DNA from: Zestosphaera tikiterensis
GTDB lineage: Archaea; Thermoproteota; Thermoprotei_A; Sulfolobales; NBVN01
DNA: 28,453 nucleotides
Reading direction: 5' to 3'
Assembly: GCA_003056265.1 (NCBI GenBank)
Contig: NBVN01000009.1
Location: forward strand, 1-28,453
Shown here: piece by piece, positions 25,465 to 28,453 of the stretch
Numbering within the stretch: position 1 is the first letter of the stretch
How the letters are laid out: every line of letters begins with the position of its first letter
Program-made: the position numbers and the translations under genes
Notes under the pieces: generated by a model
The model's input: only the letters and a program-made list of their open reading frames with translations
Databases searched by the model: none
Told to the model about the DNA's origin: nothing

Positions 25465-26072
25465 CTCGAATAGGGGTTTTAGCGCTTCAAGGAGATGTTG
25501 AAGAACACATATACGCTTTAATGAAGGCTTCAAAAACAAGTAATTTAAACGTTGAAGTCGTGGAGGTTAAGAAGCCATCGCAGTTAGATAGCATCGACGG
25601 CTTAGTAATCCCAGGAGGTGAGTCTACAACCATAAGGTACTTAGCCTCGTATATAGGGCTTACACCAAAGTTAAAAGCAAAGATAGAAGAGGGTATCCCA
25701 ACGCTGGCTACGTGCGCGGGTTTAGTAATACTAGCTAAGAAAGCAAGAGACGCCGTACTTAAAGAGCCGGAGCAGTCCTTACTAGGCGTTCTTAACGTGG
25801 AGGTTTTAAGAAACGCGTTCGGTAGGCAGAAAGACTCCTTTGAAACTAAACTGCTTGTTGAGGGGTTTGGAGAGGTTAAAGCTGTCTTTATCAGAGCACC
25901 TATAGTAACTGAAGTTTGGAATCCAGCTAAACCAATATCGAAGTTAAACCACCCTAAGTTAGGTGAGGTGATAGTTGCTGTAAAACAGGAAAACATTATA
26001 GGGCTAGCATTCCATCCAGAACTAACCACAACAGCGTTTCATGAATGGTTAATCAACGAAGCGATTAAATAA
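25461..26072 (+). CDS. pdxT: Pyridoxal 5'-phosphate synthase, glutaminase subunit PdxT
   Basis: 203 aa. '[13 protein letters not shown]', 'IPGGESTT', the catalytic 'TCAG', and 'FHPELT'. ATGA overlap with pdxS. Confidence 0.9.
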   Translation: MTRIGVLALQGDVEEHIYALMKASKTSNLNVEVVEVKKPSQLDSIDGLVIPGGESTTIRYLASYIGLTPKLKAKIEEGIPTLATCAGLVILAKKARDAVLKEPEQSLLGVLNVEVLRNAFGRQKDSFETKLLVEGFGEVKAVFIRAPIVTEVWNPAKPISKLNHPKLGEVIVAVKQENIIGLAFHPELTTTAFHEWLINEAIK

Positions 26073-26140
26073 AGCGGTTGAAACTTAACTTCCTTAACGT
26101 ATCACCTCTTAAAATCGCAACGTTAATTACTTATTAAGAA

Positions 26141-26175
26141 GCGTTAATAACGCGTTATCTACAAGCGTTGAACGC
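26141..26175. promoter_or_regulatory. Two GCGTT-N-AACGC palindromes upstream of the 26220 membrane-protein gene
   Basis: GCGTTAATAACGC (26141-26153) and GCGTTGAACGC (26165-26175), directly upstream of an A/T box (CTTAAAAA, about 26177-26184). Confidence 0.3.
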
Positions 26176-26219
26176 CCTTAAAAACCTTAGTATCTAACAT
26201 TTCATGGGTAAGTCGCTTT

Positions 26220-27254
26220 ATGCCGTTTACACCGCTTCACTTAGGGCCTGCGTTAGTTTTAGGGTATGTATTTAAGAAGGGGGTTCACTGGCCTACGTTC
26301 ATCATCGCTGGCTTAATCGTTGATGTAGAACCCTTGCTAGTGTTTACAGGTTTGTTGAAGGATTACCCACTTCACGGTTACCTACATACGTTTCTAACGT
26401 CGTTGATTGCCGGGTCATTATTAGGTTATGGCATGTTTTACGTTGATAGGTTTTTAAGAACTTACTTTAAAGGCTTAGCTCTTGTGGGTGAAGGTCGCGA
26501 AGGTCTACGTAATTACGTATTAGCTGGTGTGTTAGGTTGGGCGCTTCACGTTTTGCTTGACGCCCCTCTCTACTACGATATTAAGCCGTTTTACCCGCTA
26601 CTTACTAATCCGTTCTTAATAAGTCGGGATTACGTACATCTATACTTAAATTTAACGTTCCTTACTTTACTTGCTGGAGTGATTACATACTCAATAAACT
26701 TATTTAAAGTTAACTCCAGCATATACGGTCTTCCACAAACGTTAATGCAGGTAGGTACGTCGTTAATTCTTGCCAGCATACTCTTACTTTCAACGTTTAA
26801 CCCGCTTTCACTCCCAACCTCTATAGCTGTAGTTACCTGCGGACTTACAGTACTCTACACCGCCATGACCTATTTAGTTAATCAACGAAAACGTAGAACA
26901 TTAACTTCCCTAGCATGTATGTTAGTTGCTTTATCGATAATCACGTTAAGGTTTACCTACCTACGCATCCCATATAACGACGTGGAACTATTCCTAACTA
27001 AGTTGATAAACGACTGGCTGCTATCCACGTTACTACCGTGGGCTATGGTTCTAATAGGGTTGTTACTACTATACCACCCAGCGAGGGATTTAGCTAGGGA
27101 ATTAAACAGCAGGAGATTTCTCCACATATACATAGCCTTAGTGATTGGGTGGACGTTAACGATAGTAGTAATCGGTATATTCGTGTTCACTACAGCACTC
27201 CTTCTAATGCTGTTAGAAATTACTAAAACCCGCGGTCCAGCCTCTATAGAATGA
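26220..27254 (+). CDS. Polytopic membrane protein; the N-terminus faintly resembles membrane-bound metal-dependent hydrolases (YdjM/DUF457/DUF4184-like)
   Basis: 344 aa with about 8-9 hydrophobic segments. 'MPFTPLHLGPA', 'DVEPL' and 'HGYLHT' are reminiscent of the His/Asp motifs of that family. The family call is weak. Confidence 0.45.
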   Translation: MPFTPLHLGPALVLGYVFKKGVHWPTFIIAGLIVDVEPLLVFTGLLKDYPLHGYLHTFLTSLIAGSLLGYGMFYVDRFLRTYFKGLALVGEGREGLRNYVLAGVLGWALHVLLDAPLYYDIKPFYPLLTNPFLISRDYVHLYLNLTFLTLLAGVITYSINLFKVNSSIYGLPQTLMQVGTSLILASILLLSTFNPLSLPTSIAVVTCGLTVLYTAMTYLVNQRKRRTLTSLACMLVALSIITLRFTYLRIPYNDVELFLTKLINDWLLSTLLPWAMVLIGLLLLYHPARDLARELNSRRFLHIYIALVIGWTLTIVVIGIFVFTTALLLMLLEITKTRGPASIE

Positions 27255-27280
27255 AATGCTAAGAACTTCTCAGGGTTCGT

Positions 27281-27315
27281 ACCTACGTAAGCAAATTAAA
27301 GCTTACGTAGGTTTT
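27281..27315 (+). terminator. Perfect 12-bp hairpin followed by a T-run
   Basis: ACCTACGTAAGC (27281-27292), an 8-nt loop aaattaaa, then GCTTACGTAGGT (27301-27312), followed by TTT. It starts 27 nt after the stop of the 26220-27254 gene. A terminator role is inferred; archaeal termination mainly needs oligo-T. Confidence 0.3.
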
Positions 27316-27568
27316 CATCACCCCTTGTAATCCGCTCCGCGCCGTCCTTCGGGAGCGTGCCTCCCTCGGAGGACGCAGGGCTTCGTAGGAAGTCCCCCTC
27401 ACCTAGATCACAGAGTTCATCCCATATCGTTAACATAACTTATATAGAGAGGAGTTAAAAATAGAAATCCTTAATACCTATCAACACCAATAAAAAGCGA
27501 AACTGTTTTCAGTAGACATGTAAGGAGCTTAAGCTATTCGTAGCCTTGCTTCGTAAGCTTCGTAGGTT
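27299..27568 (+). repeat. Dispersed direct copies of the GCTT(A)CGTAGG motif
   Basis: AAGCTTACGTAGGTT (27299-27313), GCTTCGTAGG (27380-27389) and AAGCTTCGTAGGTT (27555-27568) share one orientation. An inverted copy lies at 27281-27292. Degenerate TTCGTAG/TTCGTAA units start at 27537 and 27550. Confidence 0.5.
27321..27403. ncRNA. GC-rich structured block, candidate small structured RNA (class and strand unknown)
   Basis: My hand count gives 50/70 G+C over 27331-27400, against 17/60 over 27421-27480. A 13-bp imperfect hairpin spans 27343-27375 (CGTCCTTCGGGAG / CTCCC[TC]GGAGGACG). Alternative helices are CGCTCC (27333-38) with GGAGCG (27352-57), and 27355-64 with 27368-76. No plausible ORF is present. 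Confidence 0.3.
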
Positions 27569-27629
27569 AAGCTAAGAATAGATTTAAAGATAGGCTTTTA
27601 TATAAGTATTTACAGAGGGTTTAAAGTTA

Positions 27630-28094
27630 ATGAGTAAACTATCTAAGAACAAGAGATGGGTTATTTATACGGGCTTGATTCTATGGGGTCTCACGATTTT
27701 ATTGACTTTTAATACTATAGTCTCTTTGAAAGTTCTGGCTAGTGTCTCTGTGAAAGTTCTGCCTGGTTTGGACATAACTGCCCTGGCTTTAATCCTGATC
27801 CTGCTCGGAGTAATTAACATCCTGACATGGAGGAAACGGAGTAAACTTATGGAGAGGACTCGTTATGTGCTCCCCTTAGCTATATTAGTAGCTTTCTATG
27901 TAGTAGCTTGGGTTTTAAACTTTACGCGGAACTTACTATCTCTTAACGACTTAATCGAGATTCTCTACTTCGCTATTATATTCTCTACAGTGTTTACCGC
28001 TGTAGTTATACCGGTTTCACTCTATATTTACAGAAGAAGGTGGAGGATCTTCAACCTCACTAGTGAAACGAAACAACGTGAACACACATCATAA
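27630..28094 (+). CDS. Small membrane protein (about 4 TM), hypothetical
   Basis: 154 aa with four hydrophobic stretches and a basic C-terminal tail. A TTTTATATAA box at 27597-27606 sits at the right distance for a leaderless transcript. Confidence 0.45.
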   Translation: MSKLSKNKRWVIYTGLILWGLTILLTFNTIVSLKVLASVSVKVLPGLDITALALILILLGVINILTWRKRSKLMERTRYVLPLAILVAFYVVAWVLNFTRNLLSLNDLIEILYFAIIFSTVFTAVVIPVSLYIYRRRWRIFNLTSETKQREHTS

Positions 28095-28112
28095 AATATG
28101 GCGTGTTGGAGT

Positions 28113-28453
28113 TTAAGCCTTTAAAACATTAAGTGATAAAACTACTTTATTAGATGCTTTAAAGATGGGTGATTTTTCTTGAATCTCCGTCGAGAAGTAT
28201 TTCCAATTTACTGTAATGTTACGTATCTTATCGCTAGTGTTTAACCTCCATCCATGTATGTCGTTTGCGCAGATAATCCCCGAAATCACTACGGCTTCTA
28301 CTCCACCGCCTGGGAATGTGGAAGCGCTTGCTAGGTAGAGACCTCTTATAGGGGTCTTAAAGTACGGTCTTCTCGTGTTAATTGATTGATCGAATGCGTA
28401 TATTGCTCCTTCAGGCATTGATGTATATCTTTCGAAAGTTTTAGGTGTCGCTA
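28113..28453 (-). CDS. C-terminal part of a CrtI/phytoene-desaturase-like FAD-dependent oxidoreductase (5' end outside the window)
   Basis: 'TPIRGLYLASASTFPGGGVEAVVISG' is the conserved C-terminal FAD-binding block of this family. The frame stays open upstream of the listed Met to the window edge (...ATPKTFERYTSMPEG...). Confidence 0.6.
   Translation of the reverse strand, partial: ATPKTFERYTSMPEGAIYAFDQSINTRRPYFKTPIRGLYLASASTFPGGGVEAVVISGIICANDIHGWRLNTSDKIRNITVNWKYFSTEIQEKSPIFKASNKVVLSLNVLKA

Noticed and set aside
544-26029. Antisense ORFs of 60-180 aa from the six-frame track: 544-753, 4148-4351, 8056-8286, 8951-9349, 12175-12396, 12727-12987, 14283-14540, 14550-14864, 16915-17097, 21613-21858, 24828-25034, 25140-25430, 25487-26029 and 26957-27190.
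   Set aside because: Each lies wholly or almost wholly inside, and opposite to, a longer ORF with clear family motifs. Their translations are low-complexity Ser/Thr/Pro/Leu-rich 'shadow' sequences with no recognisable domains.
27268-27325. Possible minus-strand C/D-box sRNA: GTGATGA (27321-27315) followed 41 nt later by CTGA (27273-27270), which is typical C-to-D spacing.
   Set aside because: The would-be guide regions are the two arms of the perfect 12-bp hairpin, so they are self-complementary. No credible D'/C' boxes are present, and the flanks (AAGG / GAAG) cannot form the terminal stem. It may still deserve a snoscan run.
27311-27420. A short Arg-rich ORF on the minus strand across the GC-rich block (VRGTSYEALRPPREARSRRTARSGLQGVMKTYVSFNLLT*).
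   Set aside because: It has no ATG, only a GTG with no ribosome-binding or promoter signal. Its codon usage is dominated by CGN/GGN, unlike neighbouring genes. The composition is better explained by RNA or DNA structure.
1-28453. CRISPR arrays, tRNA/rRNA genes, and transposase, integrase or prophage genes.
   Set aside because: Scanning the intergenic regions showed no regularly spaced direct repeats, no T-loop/acceptor-stem patterns and no recombinase-like ORFs. Nothing here supports a mobile element or defence island call.

Overview
This is a densely packed chromosomal segment of about 30 genes that looks archaeal, most likely from a hyperthermophilic crenarchaeote. Supporting signs are TTG/GTG starts, 4-nt TTGA/ATGA gene overlaps, A/T-rich TATA-like boxes 25-40 nt upstream of starts, a tungsten-type aldehyde:ferredoxin oxidoreductase, and a PdxS with the long N-terminal extension I associate with crenarchaea. 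The organism call is inference only. In order, the window holds: a thiM-thiE-thiL-like thiamine operon; a small YHS metal-binding ORF missing from the ORF track; a flavin reductase-like gene; a divergent HTH regulator / DUF59 pair; a DUF438-hemerythrin-PAS protein with an M24 peptidase-like protein; and AOR with a 4-cluster ferredoxin. A roughly 10.5-kb amino-sugar island follows (9.3-19.8 kb). After it come a SWIM-like orphan, an FmdE-like gene heading a FecCD-type ABC importer operon, pdxS-pdxT, two membrane proteins and a truncated CrtI-like oxidoreductase. I found no rRNA, tRNA, CRISPR array, transposase or integrase. The most interesting content is the amino-sugar island. It combines a GH84 O-GlcNAcase homologue, a BadF-type sugar kinase, a UPF0309-type SIS protein, a beta-lactamase-fold serine hydrolase, an AnmK (1,6-anhydro-N-acetylmuramic acid kinase family) protein, a stand-alone Ntn glutaminase, a HAD phosphatase, NagA, and a GlmS paralogue that lacks the catalytic Cys1. 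That gene set resembles bacterial peptidoglycan-fragment recycling, in an organism that should not make murein. A second item worth checking is a roughly 70% G+C structured block with repeated GCTT(A)CGTAGG motifs in the otherwise A/T-rich 27.25-27.63 kb intergenic region. All functional calls rest on motif recognition by eye, and no database search was run.
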